The notes: generated by a model from the letters alone, not told the origin. Counted from the first letter of the stretch, positions 35,931 through 47,029 are shown. The stretch is 64,000 nt of DNA from an uncultured Rivularia sp. (GCA_963665115.1 OY762007.1:800001-864000); one strand, 5' to 3'. Program-made: numbers and translations.

Positions 35931-37376
35931 CTAATCATTTTTAATCGGGATTTCAATCGAAAATTCGGTATATTTTCCGTACTTAGTTCTATATTTTAGA
36001 TTGCCGTTATGCTTTTTAACTATAATTTGATAGCTTATTGATAGTCCTAAACCTTTTCCTTTACCTACAGGTTTATTTGTAAAGAAAGGGTCAAATATTT
36101 TGGTTTGAATATTTTCTGGAATTCCCATTCCATTATCAGCAATTCTGACTATAAGATTATTTTCAGGGGAAATTTCTGTATGAATGCGAATTGTAGGTAA
36201 TTGAGTAATATTATTTTCTAAGTCTGTTATCTCTTGTTTCCGATTATATTTTTCTTCAAGAGCATCAACAGCATTCGATAATATATGTAGAAAAGCTTGG
36301 TTTATTTGTGCTGCATAGCATTCTACTTTTGGGAGCTTGTCATATTCTTTAATAATTTTTATTTCAGGACGTTCTAACGTTGCTTTGAGTCGATGTTGCA
36401 AAATTAATAACGTACTATCTATACCTTCGTGAATATTAACAGGTTTTTTTTGAGACTCATCTAATCGAGAAAAATTTCGTAAAGACAAAACAATATTTTG
36501 AATGCGTTCGGCTCCTGCATCCATTGAAGATAATATATTAGGTAAATCTTCTGCCAAAAATTCTGTATCTACTGCTGCGGTTTTATCTTTAATTTCAGTA
36601 TGAGGTTCGGGATAGTGCTGTTGATAAAGAGAAAGTAAATCGAGTAAGTCACGAACGTAACTATTCACATAGTCAAGATTTGCATAAATAAAGGTGACTG
36701 GATTATTTATTTCGTGAGCTATTCCAGCAACCATCTCACCCAAACTTGACATTTTTTCACTTTGAATCAGATGAACTTGAGTTTGTTTTAACTTACCTAA
36801 AGTTTGATTTAACTGCTGATTTGTATCGCGTAAATTTTGCTCTACTTGCTTTCGATAAGTTATATTTTGGTTTAATTTAGTTAAATTGATTGTTAGCTCT
36901 AATTGACTTATTACCTGACGGCTTAAAGCTTGTAAAGTTTGTAATTGTTCGGGGCTAAGTTCTCTAGGTTTATTATCAATAGCACATAGTGTACCGATAG
37001 GAAATCCATCAGGTGTTACTAAAGCTGCACCAGCATAAAATCTGATATTAGGTTCTGATATTACAAATGGGTTATTAGCAAATCGCTCATCTTCTTCAGC
37101 ATTGGGAATAATCATCATCTTTTCTGGCTGAAGTATGGTGTAAGCACAAAAAGCTAGTTCTCTAGGGCTTTCCGTAACTTCTAAACCATATTTCGATTTA
37201 AACCATTGTCGATCTGTATCTATTAAGCTGATAAAAGAAATTGGAGTATCGCAAATGTGTGCTGCTATTGCCGTCAAATCATCGAATCGTTGTTCTGCTT
37301 GAGTATCTAAAACCTGATATTTAATCAGTGCTTGGAGCCTATCGTCTTCGTTGTCAGGTAAAGGTGGTAAATTCAT
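35931..37376 (-). CDS. GAF-domain sensor histidine kinase
   Basis: GAF (RQWFKS, IRFYAG), H-box GIAHEINNP, DNGMG, FDPFFT, GKGLGL. Confidence 0.93.
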   Translation of the reverse strand: MNLPPLPDNEDDRLQALIKYQVLDTQAEQRFDDLTAIAAHICDTPISFISLIDTDRQWFKSKYGLEVTESPRELAFCAYTILQPEKMMIIPNAEEDERFANNPFVISEPNIRFYAGAALVTPDGFPIGTLCAIDNKPRELSPEQLQTLQALSRQVISQLELTINLTKLNQNITYRKQVEQNLRDTNQQLNQTLGKLKQTQVHLIQSEKMSSLGEMVAGIAHEINNPVTFIYANLDYVNSYVRDLLDLLSLYQQHYPEPHTEIKDKTAAVDTEFLAEDLPNILSSMDAGAERIQNIVLSLRNFSRLDESQKKPVNIHEGIDSTLLILQHRLKATLERPEIKIIKEYDKLPKVECYAAQINQAFLHILSNAVDALEEKYNRKQEITDLENNITQLPTIRIHTEISPENNLIVRIADNGMGIPENIQTKIFDPFFTNKPVGKGKGLGLSISYQIIVKKHNGNLKYRTKYGKYTEFSIEIPIKND

Positions 37377-37514
37377 TTATGTCTAATATATCTGAATTAA
37401 TAAATTAAGTGACAATAAATCACAATTAACATTTGAGCTTACTTTTATTTGCTCTCAATCAAAAACAGCACAAACACCGAAATACGGTTTTCCGCCTCAA
37501 ACGCGGCATTTTTA

Positions 37515-37525
37515 TGTGGTAAATT
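37515..37525 (+). promoter_or_regulatory. Extended -10 promoter of rpsB (TGTGGTAAATT)
   Basis: TGTG-TAnnnT directly upstream of the t44-like leader. Confidence 0.6.
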
Positions 37526-37540
37526 AGAAAAGTTTTCTAA

Positions 37541-37612
37541 TCTCGCACATCTAGGAATTCGGGTGTTTCCAGCAAGGAAATGCGACTAGATGGAGGTTTA
37601 ACCCGAATAGGA
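37541..37612 (+). ncRNA. t44 / rpsB (S2) leader RNA
   Basis: CGCAC, CATCTAG/CTAGATG stem, GGGTG..., GGAGG..TAACCC as in the known rpsB leader. Confidence 0.8.
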
Positions 37613-37620
37613 GAAAAAAT

Positions 37621-38439
37621 ATGCCTGTTGTTTCGTTGGCTCAAATGATGGAGTCGGGAGTTCACTTCGGACATCAAACCCGAAGATGGAACCCCAAAAT
37701 GTCTCCTTACATTTATACTTCTCGTAATGGAGTACATATCATTGACTTGGTGCAAACTGCCCAGTTGATGGATAATGCATATACTTATATGCGAACTCAA
37801 GCAGAACAAGGTAAGAAATTTCTGTTTGTAGGTACCAAAAGACAAGCTGCGGGAATTATTGCTCAGGAAGCAAGCCGCAGTGGTGCCCACTATATTAACC
37901 AGCGCTGGTTAGGTGGAATGCTCACCAACTGGACGACTATTAAGACAAGAGTAGATCGTTTAAAAGACTTGGAACGTCGTGAAGAAAGCGGTGCGCTAGA
38001 TATGCTTCCGAAGAAAGAAGCTTCAATGCTGCGTCGGGAGCTATCAAAGCTGCAAAAGTACCTCGGTGGGATTAAAACCATGCGTAAAATCCCTGATGTG
38101 GTAATTATTGTGGATCAGCGCCGGGAATATAACGCGGTTCAAGAATGTGAAAAGCTCGGATTGCCTATTGTATCTATGTTAGATACTAATTGCGACCCCG
38201 ATGTTGTCGATATTCCCATTCCAGCTAACGATGACGCTATCCGTTCGATTAAGTTGATAGTCGGTAAATTAGCTGACGCTATCTACGAAGGTTATCACGG
38301 CCAACTAAGTAGCGATGATGAAGACGAATACGATTACGAAGACAGCGGCGAATACGATTACGAAGACAGCAGCGAATACAGCGAATCTTCCGAAGAATCT
38401 TCTGAAGATAGTCAAGAAGGGGAATCCACTGAAGGATAA
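37621..38439 (+). CDS. rpsB: 30S ribosomal protein S2
   Basis: [34 protein letters not shown]. Confidence 0.99.
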   Translation: MPVVSLAQMMESGVHFGHQTRRWNPKMSPYIYTSRNGVHIIDLVQTAQLMDNAYTYMRTQAEQGKKFLFVGTKRQAAGIIAQEASRSGAHYINQRWLGGMLTNWTTIKTRVDRLKDLERREESGALDMLPKKEASMLRRELSKLQKYLGGIKTMRKIPDVVIIVDQRREYNAVQECEKLGLPIVSMLDTNCDPDVVDIPIPANDDAIRSIKLIVGKLADAIYEGYHGQLSSDDEDEYDYEDSGEYDYEDSSEYSESSEESSEDSQEGESTEG

Positions 38440-38480
38440 AGTTTAAACGGCTTTATCAATTCAGCAACAAAGAAAAACGT

Positions 38481-38775
38481 GGGAGGCATGATATCGATCG
38501 TGGTACAAGTCTACCCGAAAATCATACTTGTACGCGAGCAAAAAATATACGGTGACAAGGGGAAATATAGTATCCTACTAAATCTCCTGAGTATAAGTGC
38601 CTCCCTTTTTTTCAGGGGGCGATCGCCATCGAGGCTAGATATTTTATTTCTCTTCAAATATCGTAACAAGATCGCTGCCTCCTGCTTCTTTACACCTCGA
38701 ACTTCCCAATAATTTAAGCCGAACGATAAAAATATTTCTGAGTATCTCACTGCTTGCGTAATATAGAAATACTCA
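38481..38775 (+). ncRNA. Candidate structured RNA in the rpsB-tsf spacer (alternatively a 77-aa ORF at 38479-38712)
   Basis: Several nested perfect or near-perfect stems (see findings). Confidence 0.4.
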
Positions 38776-38824
38776 ATATCCCATCTTCGATTAAAACTAT
38801 CAGTTAAGTATAAATTGAGGCAAC

Positions 38825-39766
38825 ATGGCGGAAATATCTGCAAAATTAGTTTCAGAGTTACGAAAAAAAACCGGCGCTGGCATGATGGATTGCAAAAAAG
38901 CGCTGAAAGAAACCGAAGGTGACATCGAAAAAGGCATCGAATGGTTACGCCAAAAAGGCATTGCTGGTGCAACCAAAAAGAGCGATCGCATTGCTGCTGA
39001 AGGTTTAATTGATACCTACATTGACCCAAGTAGTCAGGTAGGTGTATTAATAGAAGTCAACTGCCAAACTGACTTTGTTGCTCGTAATGATGCTTTCAAA
39101 GCTTTGGTGCAAAACTTAGCCAAGCAAGCCGCAACTGTTGATAGTGTTGAAGCTTTATTAAGCCAGCCCTATACCGAAAACAAAGAAAAAACAGTTGAGC
39201 AATCTATTACCGAGGCGATCGCCCATTTAGGAGAAAATATCAAAGTACGTCGCTTTGAAAACTATTCCGCTTCCGAAAATCAAGGTGTTGTAGATAGCTA
39301 CATTCACACTGGCGGTAGAGTAGGCGTGTTAGTTGAACTAAAATGCGCTTCAGAGAAGGCTACTGGTAACGAGGAAGTTCAAACATTAGCGCGAAACGTT
39401 GCAATGCAGGTTGCTGCTTGTCCAAACGTTGAGTATGTAAATGTAAGCGAAATTCCTACTGAAATCTCCGCCAAAGAAAAAGAGATCGAAATGGGGCGCG
39501 ATGACTTAGCGAAGAAACCTGACAATATCAAAGAAAAAATTGTTCAAGGAAGAATCGATAAGCGTCTCAAAGAAATGACTTTGTTAGATCAGCCTTACAT
39601 TCGAGATCAAAGCACCTCGATTGAAGAATTGGTAAAACAAACGGGAAGTAGCGTCGGTGAAGAAATTTCCATTAGCCGCTTTACCCGTTATATTCTCGGC
39701 GAAGGTATTGATAAAAAAGAAGAAGACTTTGCCTCAGAAGTTGCCGCCCAAATGGGTAACAAGTAG
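38825..39766 (+). CDS. tsf: Elongation factor Ts
   Basis: [33 protein letters not shown]. Confidence 0.99.
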   Translation: MAEISAKLVSELRKKTGAGMMDCKKALKETEGDIEKGIEWLRQKGIAGATKKSDRIAAEGLIDTYIDPSSQVGVLIEVNCQTDFVARNDAFKALVQNLAKQAATVDSVEALLSQPYTENKEKTVEQSITEAIAHLGENIKVRRFENYSASENQGVVDSYIHTGGRVGVLVELKCASEKATGNEEVQTLARNVAMQVAACPNVEYVNVSEIPTEISAKEKEIEMGRDDLAKKPDNIKEKIVQGRIDKRLKEMTLLDQPYIRDQSTSIEELVKQTGSSVGEEISISRFTRYILGEGIDKKEEDFASEVAAQMGNK

Positions 39767-39793
39767 TTCCTTGAAGAACATTTTCGTTTTTAT

Positions 39794-39827
39794 ACAGGTC
39801 AAACTTTTGAAGATTGACCTGTTTTTC
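39794..39827 (+). terminator. Intrinsic terminator after tsf
   Basis: ACAGGTCAA / TTGACCTGT stem followed by T-tract. Confidence 0.75.
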
Positions 39828-39832
39828 ATAAT

Positions 39833-39934
39833 TAGTAGTTAGTTGTTAGTTGTTAGTTGAAACTCCCTACTTTCTACTTGTTACTTGCTACTCTCTACTT
39901 GCTACTTGCTACTTGCTACTTGCTACTTTCTACT
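39833..39934. repeat. STRR heptamers (TAGTTGT)n and (CTACTTG)n
   Basis: Tandem heptamers visible in the sequence. Confidence 0.85.
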
Positions 39935-40092
39935 TCAATTACATTAGACAAAATTAATAGATTAATTTCACATAATTTAACGCTTAAATAATTATCAAAA
40001 TTAAGGGTATTTTTAAATCTTAATAATGATTATTTGGGAATTATTGCGTACCTTTGTACCACAGAATACGATAAAATGGAAAATAAGAAGAT

Positions 40093-41173
40093 ATGGCAAG
40101 ACCAATCGAGCGAATAGAGCAGGATATTGTCGAGCTAGAAAAATCGATAGGATTCATAGCCGAACAACTCCAAAGTGCTTATAGCAGTTACTTAGAAGTT
40201 TTGGGACAAGCATTACGTCAGCAATTGATTTTAGCAAGTTACCATCTGTGTACCCAAGGATACCCAGATAGTTTTCTAAAATTGTCTTTGAATCAACGAC
40301 AGAAATTGCAGAAAGCTATGCGTAAATTGGCAAAATCCGCAGTCCAAGATATGCAAACTCTAATGAACGATGAAGAGGAAGCAGAAGAAACTGAAAATGA
40401 TTTAGAAGAAAGTAATTTAGACTCAGAAGAAGAGGAGATAGAAGAAGATTTAGAAGATGAAAAATTAGACTTTGAAGATGACGATTTAGAAGAAATTGTA
40501 GAAAAGTTAGAAATAGAAGATGAAGATTTAGAAGAAATTGTAGAAAAGTTAGAAATGGAAGACGAAGAAGAGCCAAATATTTTTTCTGAAAATGCTTCTC
40601 CCAGTTCACTTCCCTTAGATGCCAAAATAGCTTTTTTATCTGCCAAAAAAGGTCAGGCTCCCATATTCTTCTCAGAACCCGATTTTGATAAAGATTGGAA
40701 AAATTGGTTTAGCCCCAAGACTTCCAATCCAATGGAATTAGCTGCTTGGCAAAAAAACTTAGAAAGAGCTATTGGCTATATAATAAAAAGTCTATCTCGT
40801 GATGGCAATCGTTTGTTGCAAAAAGCTGGTATATTACCAAGAAAACTACCAGAGCAAGTTTTGGAAGCTGCTGTTGCTTCCTCCGAAGCATCTTCAGATG
40901 TGATGCCGGGGGCCACCTAATCTACTAAACTTAGTAGTGGGAATTCAAAGTGAAGAACAGCAGGAACCCGAAAACTTAACGCAAGTTATGGCTTTAAACT
41001 TACGGTTAGTTGAAATAGAATTTGCCGATCTTAAACTTTCCTCCGAACGCAAGCAGATTCGCAATATATTGAATCAGTTAAACAAGTTAGGCAGAGAGTA
41101 CCAAAAGAAACAGCGAGAACATTCCATAGCTTCTGCTGAAGCAGCTTGGCGTGCTAGCTGGTATGAAGACTAA
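40093..41173 (+). CDS. Conserved cyanobacterial hypothetical protein with acidic insert (split by +1 G near 40910)
   Basis: ILASYHLCTQGYP N-terminus and AEAAWRASW C-terminus; corrected frame reads MPGPPNLLNL. Confidence 0.75.
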
Positions 41174-41176
41174 TCG

Positions 41177-41328
41177 GAGTTAGGAGTTAGGAGTGAGTAG
41201 CGAGTAGCGAGTAGTAAGTAGAGAGTAGAGAGTAGAGAGTAGAGAGTAGAGAGTAGTTAAGAATTCTCTCCCCATCTCCCCATCCCCCGATGCCCCATCC
41301 CCGATGCCCATTGCCCAATCAATGCCCC
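41177..41328. repeat. STRR heptamers (GAGTAGA)n and CCCCAT-rich repeats
   Basis: Tandem heptamers upstream of recG. Confidence 0.85.
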
Positions 41329-43806
41329 ATGATAGACGAAAAACCAGATTGGATAAGATTGCAAAAAGCTCTGTCGGTGGAAACGGAACGGGGTTTTATT
41401 AATTTGAAGGGTAGGCAATATCTCTTCAATGAGTTTTTGACTTTAACTTTTGGTAAATTTCCTGCTGGCTTACCTAGTGAAGAGCGTCGTCGCTGGCTGG
41501 ATTTTTCGGTTAAGTTTGCAAATTATCCAAATCTGGAAACTGAAGATAGGCAGCATTTGGTGGCGGAAACTCGCCGATATCTTTATAGTTTGCAGCAAAT
41601 CGAGCGGGGAGATGGTGAAACTAATTCAAATTCAAATTCAAAATCAATTAAAATCCAAATTCCTAAAACTAAAGTAGTAGCTGAAGTAAGTCGCCGACTT
41701 GCGCCGGAATTAAACCAAAAGCTGATCGATTTACCGGAAATTGGCTTTAAAAAGGCGGCTAAATTACAGCGTCTTGGTTTATCTACGGTGCGCGATTTAC
41801 TATATTACTTTCCCCGCGACCATATTGACTATGCGAATCAAGTATGTATTGCGGAGTTACAAGTAGGTGAAACGGTGACGCTGGTGGCAACGGTGAAGCG
41901 CTGTAATTGCTTTTGCAGCCCTAAAAATAAAAAATTATCGATTTTAGAAATTCAGTTAAAAGATAAATCCGGTATTTTAAAGATTAGCCGTTTTTATGCG
42001 GGGAATCGTTACAGCAGTCGCGGCTGGCAAGAAAGTATGAAGCGCCGTTACGTTGCTGGTAGTACTGTGGCTGCTTGCGGTTTGGTAAAGGAAAGTAGGT
42101 ACGGTTTAACTCTTGATAATCCAGAGTTGGAAGTTTTGGCGAATCCAGAAGATGAAATTGAATCGCTGACTGTGGGTAGAGTTGTTCCAGTGTATTCTTT
42201 AACTGAGGGACTCGTAGCGAGTACGGTGCGACAAGCCGTAATTTCTGCTTTACCAGCAACCGCGCAATTAAAAGAACCTTTACCAAAGGGTTTGCGGAAG
42301 AAATATCAGTTAATGGAATTGAAAGACGCGATTAATAACATTCATTTCCCTCCCGATAGCGATAGTTTGCGAGCGGCACGTCGTCGTCTGGTGTTTGATG
42401 AATTTTTTTACCTGCAACTCGGTTTACTGCAACGCCAGCAAAAAGCCCGTCAAGTTCAAAGGAGTGCGATTCTTGCTCCTAAAGGTGAATTATTGCAGCA
42501 GTTTCATCAAATATTACCGTTTAAGTTGACGGGGGCACAGGAACGAGTTATTCAAGATATTCTTAACGATTTACAAAAACCCGCAGCAATGAATCGTTTA
42601 GTACAGGGAGATGTAGGCTCGGGTAAAACGATTGTGGCAGTAGTGGCGATTATTGCCGCCATTCAATCGGGATATCAAGCAGCTTTGATGGCTCCTACGG
42701 AAGTTTTAGCAGAACAGCATTATCGTAAGTTAGTTAGCTGGTTTAACCTGCTGCATTTACCAGTGGATTTACTTACAGGCTCTACAAAAGTCGCAAAAAG
42801 AAGACAAATCCACGCCCAGTTAGAAACCGGAGAATTACCGCTTTTAGTCGGTACTCATGCTTTAATTCAAGACCCCGTGAACTTTCACAGATTGGGTTTG
42901 GTGGTAATCGACGAACAGCATCGTTTTGGAGTGGAACAGCGAGCGCGGTTGCAGCAAAAAGGCGAACAGCCTCACGTGTTAACAATGACCGCCACTCCCA
43001 TACCAAGAACCTTGGCGCTGACTATTCACGGCGATTTAGACGTAAGTCAAATTGATGAATTACCGCCAGGAAGACAAAAGATTAAAACTACAGCTTTAAA
43101 AGCAGGCGATCGCCCCCAAGCTTACGATTTGATCCGCCGAGAAATTGCTCAGGGAAGACAGGTTTATGTAGTGTTGCCTTTGGTGGAAGAATCGGAAAAA
43201 TTAGATTTGCGTTCTGCTGTAGATGAGCATAAAAAGTTACAAGAGGCGGTATTTCCCGAATTTCAGGTGGGGTTGCTGCACGGACGCATGAGTTCTGCCG
43301 ACAAAGACGAAGCAATTACCAAGTTTCGCGATCGAGAAACGCAAATTTTAGTTTCAACTACCGTAGTAGAAGTTGGCGTTGATGTTCCGAATGCAACGGT
43401 GATGCTAATTGAAAACGCGGAAAGATTCGGATTGTCGCAACTGCATCAATTGCGGGGACGTGTCGGTAGAGGAGCAGCACAGTCCTTTTGTCTTTTAGTC
43501 AGCGGTTCTCGTAGTGCCGACGCTCAACAAAGATTGAAAGTATTAGAACAGTCTCAAGACGGGTTTTTTATATCAGAAATGGATATGCGATTTAGAGGTC
43601 CCGGACAAGTTTTAGGAACTCGACAATCGGGTATTCCAGACTTTACTTTAGCAAGCTTAGTAGAAGACGAAGAAGTATTAGTTTTAGCCCGTCAAGCAGC
43701 AGAAAAAGTAATAGAAATAGACGCAAGTTTAGAACGGTGGAAATTGATGCAAGAAGAGTTGAAATACCGTTACGAACGGTTAATGGGTGGAACGATTTTG
43801 ACTTGA
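41329..43806 (+). CDS. recG: ATP-dependent DNA helicase RecG
   Basis: QGDVGSGKT, DEQHRFG, TATPIPRT, QLRGRVGRG; start placed at MIDEK after the repeat tract. Confidence 0.98.
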   Translation: MIDEKPDWIRLQKALSVETERGFINLKGRQYLFNEFLTLTFGKFPAGLPSEERRRWLDFSVKFANYPNLETEDRQHLVAETRRYLYSLQQIERGDGETNSNSNSKSIKIQIPKTKVVAEVSRRLAPELNQKLIDLPEIGFKKAAKLQRLGLSTVRDLLYYFPRDHIDYANQVCIAELQVGETVTLVATVKRCNCFCSPKNKKLSILEIQLKDKSGILKISRFYAGNRYSSRGWQESMKRRYVAGSTVAACGLVKESRYGLTLDNPELEVLANPEDEIESLTVGRVVPVYSLTEGLVASTVRQAVISALPATAQLKEPLPKGLRKKYQLMELKDAINNIHFPPDSDSLRAARRRLVFDEFFYLQLGLLQRQQKARQVQRSAILAPKGELLQQFHQILPFKLTGAQERVIQDILNDLQKPAAMNRLVQGDVGSGKTIVAVVAIIAAIQSGYQAALMAPTEVLAEQHYRKLVSWFNLLHLPVDLLTGSTKVAKRRQIHAQLETGELPLLVGTHALIQDPVNFHRLGLVVIDEQHRFGVEQRARLQQKGEQPHVLTMTATPIPRTLALTIHGDLDVSQIDELPPGRQKIKTTALKAGDRPQAYDLIRREIAQGRQVYVVLPLVEESEKLDLRSAVDEHKKLQEAVFPEFQVGLLHGRMSSADKDEAITKFRDRETQILVSTTVVEVGVDVPNATVMLIENAERFGLSQLHQLRGRVGRGAAQSFCLLVSGSRSADAQQRLKVLEQSQDGFFISEMDMRFRGPGQVLGTRQSGIPDFTLASLVEDEEVLVLARQAAEKVIEIDASLERWKLMQEELKYRYERLMGGTILT

Positions 43807-43944
43807 GAAGATTTTGGATTTTGGATTTTAGATTATAAAACAGCTTTAATTTTTATTCCCAATGCCCAATTCCCAATCCTCTTTCAAACAAAAAGAAGGC
43901 GATTCCCAAAAACCACCCCCTACACAAAATTATTTGAGTAAACT

Positions 43945-45012
43945 TCAACTAAACTCCATAGTCTCAACAAAATCTAAAATCATCTGCTTGAGTGCAACAG
44001 CTTCTTGCTTCATAAAACTAGTAGTCCTTCCATCCATAAATGTACGTTGACTGCTAACTATATAAAGAAAGTCACCATCGATAAAAGCGATTAATCCCCG
44101 ATAGGCATCTAATTTTGTTGCAGTCCCGTTGTTTCCTGTTTTAGAAATTCTCGAACCTCCAGGCATATACAGCAATACAAAATAAGAACCTTCAAAAATT
44201 TTTGCCATATATTCGCTGTATTCGACTTGCGCTTCCGGTAAATTTGCGACTATTTCTTCAGGAACATATTTATTTACAAGAGTCGATCTCAAATATTCCT
44301 CTTGCCCAATAACTTCCATTTGTTCCATCTGTTTCGCAGGTAGAGAATAATAATCTATTCTTAAAAAAGTACCTAAATCGTCAGAAAAGCTAACCGTATT
44401 TTCTTGACTTTGAACTTTACCACCTTGATGGGGATCTACCGGAACAGGAACAGTAAAATTACCTGATGGTGACTCATATTCCTCTATATTAAAGGCTATA
44501 TTAACTATTGTTTCATCTTCGTCTTCAAGTAATTCTTCTAATTCTGCTTCCTCGAAGGCGGCAATTACATCTTCGATAATTTCTTCAGCATCTGTGTTCT
44601 CAATTCCTAAAGCTTGTTGCAAACTTTTGACTAAAGGCATTTTTGTTCGCGGAATTTGCATTTCCTCTTCATCTAGGATTACACTTATCCCGGCGGCAAA
44701 AGCATCTTCTAAAAAATCACCCTCAAGTTCTTCGTTTGCAGCATTAAACAGCGCCCCCCGTCCTTTTTTTTCGGCTAAATTTAAAAGTTTATCAAGCATT
44801 TCTAATAAATCTTCATCCGAATATTCTTCAAAAATCTCGAATCCCCAAAGTATGTCAACTAAAAATTCTATATCTACATCTTCCAACGAAGAATCGGCAG
44901 ATGCGGTTATGATTGCGACTGTAGCCACTGCTTCCTGGGAACTAAGCGACTTTTGTAATATTTCTTGCGAATTAAATAATTTATCGTATTTGTCCATAAT
45001 TGTTACCTCCAT
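43945..45012 (-). CDS. Acidic hypothetical protein with TerB-like N-terminal domain
   Basis: LSSQEAVATVAIITASAD N-terminal pattern resembling cyanobacterial TerB-family proteins; unassigned C-terminal domain. Confidence 0.55.
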   Translation of the reverse strand: MEVTIMDKYDKLFNSQEILQKSLSSQEAVATVAIITASADSSLEDVDIEFLVDILWGFEIFEEYSDEDLLEMLDKLLNLAEKKGRGALFNAANEELEGDFLEDAFAAGISVILDEEEMQIPRTKMPLVKSLQQALGIENTDAEEIIEDVIAAFEEAELEELLEDEDETIVNIAFNIEEYESPSGNFTVPVPVDPHQGGKVQSQENTVSFSDDLGTFLRIDYYSLPAKQMEQMEVIGQEEYLRSTLVNKYVPEEIVANLPEAQVEYSEYMAKIFEGSYFVLLYMPGGSRISKTGNNGTATKLDAYRGLIAFIDGDFLYIVSSQRTFMDGRTTSFMKQEAVALKQMILDFVETMEFS

Positions 45013-45350
45013 GCATGATTATTGAGTACAGATAAAAAGTGGTAGTAGCTAATTTAGTAGCAATCACAAACGTTAAGTAGGTTAATAAAAAATGTATTAT
45101 CGGGTTAAGATTATAAAAATATAGCTACATTAAATTATATGTAATTAAGATATTACTCTTATTAGAGTAACTCGTCCTAAGAACTATAAGAATTACAGTA
45201 CAAAGATTGAAATAATAAGTTTAGATACTGATACTGCAACTTTTAGACCGATTTGAAATATTTTTTAACTTTTGCTTTTCTTTGATAGGTATTTATAGAT
45301 ATAATTATATATTTTTCATTTTTAAATTTAATTATTATCTCTTCAGACGG

Positions 45351-45385
45351 TTCATGGCCAATAGTAAATCGCGATTGGCCATGAA
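45351..45385 (-). terminator. Terminator hairpin
   Basis: TTCATGGCCAAT / ATTGGCCATGAA 12-bp perfect stem just after the 45403 stop. Confidence 0.7.
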
Positions 45386-45402
45386 GTATTTTTGCAAAAA
45401 AA

Positions 45403-45756
45403 TTAACCGACTTGTTCTAAATACTGGTTGACATCTTCTACAATACGAGTCAATTCGGCTTCCGTTGTCAAGCGGATGGTAGCATCACGCACGGTAAGTA
45501 AAACCTTCGCAGCGAAAGGACTAGGCCAGATATTAGGGTTGCAAAAAAATTCCAGAAAGACTTCTCCGGTATAACGATATTCCATTGAAGATTGAGGATT
45601 GGGTTTTCCTCCACCACTAGCAGTTTTAGCCGCAACCGCTTTGAGTTTCTGCATCAATTCATCTATAGCCGCTTTTAATTCCCTTGCTGCTGCGGGTGAA
45701 AAGCTAAAAGATACGGAACCTTCAACTAAATTAAGTGTCAAATGATTTGCAGACAT
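45403..45756 (-). CDS. Conserved cyanobacterial hypothetical protein
   Basis: 117-aa ORF with FCNPNIWPSPFAAKVL motif and its own terminator. Confidence 0.75.
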   Translation of the reverse strand: MSANHLTLNLVEGSVSFSFSPAAARELKAAIDELMQKLKAVAAKTASGGGKPNPQSSMEYRYTGEVFLEFFCNPNIWPSPFAAKVLLTVRDATIRLTTEAELTRIVEDVNQYLEQVG

Positions 45757-45929
45757 CAGTTATTTATCAAAACATATTGCTCTTTTATTTTCCCTCTATA
45801 TGGGGCATCGTAGTACAGGAATATTTTCTTTCTTAAATCATTGGAAAGAGGAAACGGGCAATGCGGAGTAGGGAGTAGGGAGTAGGGAAAAAGAATATGG
45901 GACTTCTACAAAATAATTTATCCAAAATA

Positions 45930-46165
45930 ATCGTAGTGCGAGCTTCTAGCTCGCTCGTTATCTCCAGGGAGCGAGACGCTCCCACTAAGAATATTTACCC
46001 GGCAAAAATTAATCTGGCGGAGTACTAAGTAATTCGGCGTGAATAAATATAATTGTGTTCTGTCATTGCGACGAGGTATTCGGTTGCATTCGGCGGAGAG
46101 TAAGGCTCATCGCAACCGTTTCGAGCTTTTTACTTCTCGTTACATAGTTTGATTTATTAGTGCCC
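45930..46165. repeat. Adjacent REP/MITE-like elements abutting the CDF remnant
   Basis: GTAGTGCGAGC hairpins, TGGCGGAGTACTA end (cf. 19815-19850), and TAAGTAATTCGGCGTGAATAAAT...ATTTATTAGTGCC termini. Confidence 0.5.
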
Positions 46166-46432
46166 AAAAATTTCAAGCTGTAGGTGCTTTGGGGATTGCT
46201 GCATTTTTAGCAATTGCTTGTTTTGAAATTCTTCAAGGTACGGTTGAACGAATTATTAATGGGAGTAAACCAGTCACGATTTCAGCACCACAACTGTAGT
46301 TATTACTGTTAGTGCTGGGCATAAATATTTTTGTCGCTTTCTATGAAAGAGGTGTCGGAAAACAAGTTAATAGCCCAATTTTAATTGCCGATGCTCATCA
46401 TACTATGAGCGATGTTTGGGTAACTATTTCTG

Positions 46433-47014
46433 AATAGCTTGTTAGCCTTAGCCAGTTTGCGGCACATCATTTTTTGCCCAACCATTACCGGACTAAAACC
46501 TTTATCCCCTCTTGCTTTTACAACTTCGTAGACAACTTTAGATACAGGAAACAAATCAACAATTCGTCTTAAAATTCTTAGCTCTAAGTTTTTATTAGCT
46601 TTAATACTTGGTGGCATTCCACCTTGCTTGCGATTATTGAATCTAGCTTGTCTATGAGCGCGTTGAGAATAAAGTAATTTACGGTTTATCCTTCTTCCCC
46701 TTCTGCCTCTACGCATCATTTCACGCTGAGCCATTCGTTTAGTTACATTTTTGAAAGGTAATTCAATGTGAGCAGTTAATAATGTGTCTTGTTTGCTCAG
46801 CACAGCCATGCCTGTAAACATTTTGCCAGGGGTCGATTCCGACCACAATTTCTTGAGTTTTGGTGTCGCTTGGTGATTTTAATAGCTGAACGTAAAATAC
46901 GTTTAACTTTGACCATTTACCGATTGCTTTACCTTCTTTAATCCAACGTCTTGCTCTACTTGGTTTTGTTGGCATTAATGGCTTACCATTCCAATCAATT
47001 ACTGGTACACGCAT
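46433..47014 (-). pseudogene. isrB: IsrB (RRXRR/PLMP, HNH-less OMEGA nickase), C-terminally truncated, +1 C near 46830
   Basis: KPLMPTKPSRARRW, RuvC-I GIDP[G], Arg-rich bridge helix RRGRRGRR, RuvC-II YEVVK followed directly by FSPVMVGQK with no HNH; RuvC-III absent. Confidence 0.85.
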
Positions 47015-47029
47015 AAGAGATAATCCTCC

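Noticed and set aside
38511..39029. 172-aa minus-strand ORF over tsf and the spacer
   Set aside because: Overlaps tsf antisense and has no recognisable motif
40293..40646. Ser-rich and Leu/Phe-rich antisense ORFs
   Set aside because: Shadows of the GAA/GAT-rich acidic coding tract
41290..41328. N-terminal extensions of recG (and of rpsF, STAS, guaA, DUF3177, CP12 and the 53644 ORF) in the ORF track
   Set aside because: They run through repeat or leader DNA; downstream starts fit family boundaries and RBS positions better
46381..46432. C-terminal RNSYPNIAHSMMSIGN as part of IsrB
   Set aside because: It is antisense read-through into the CDF remnant past the deletion junction
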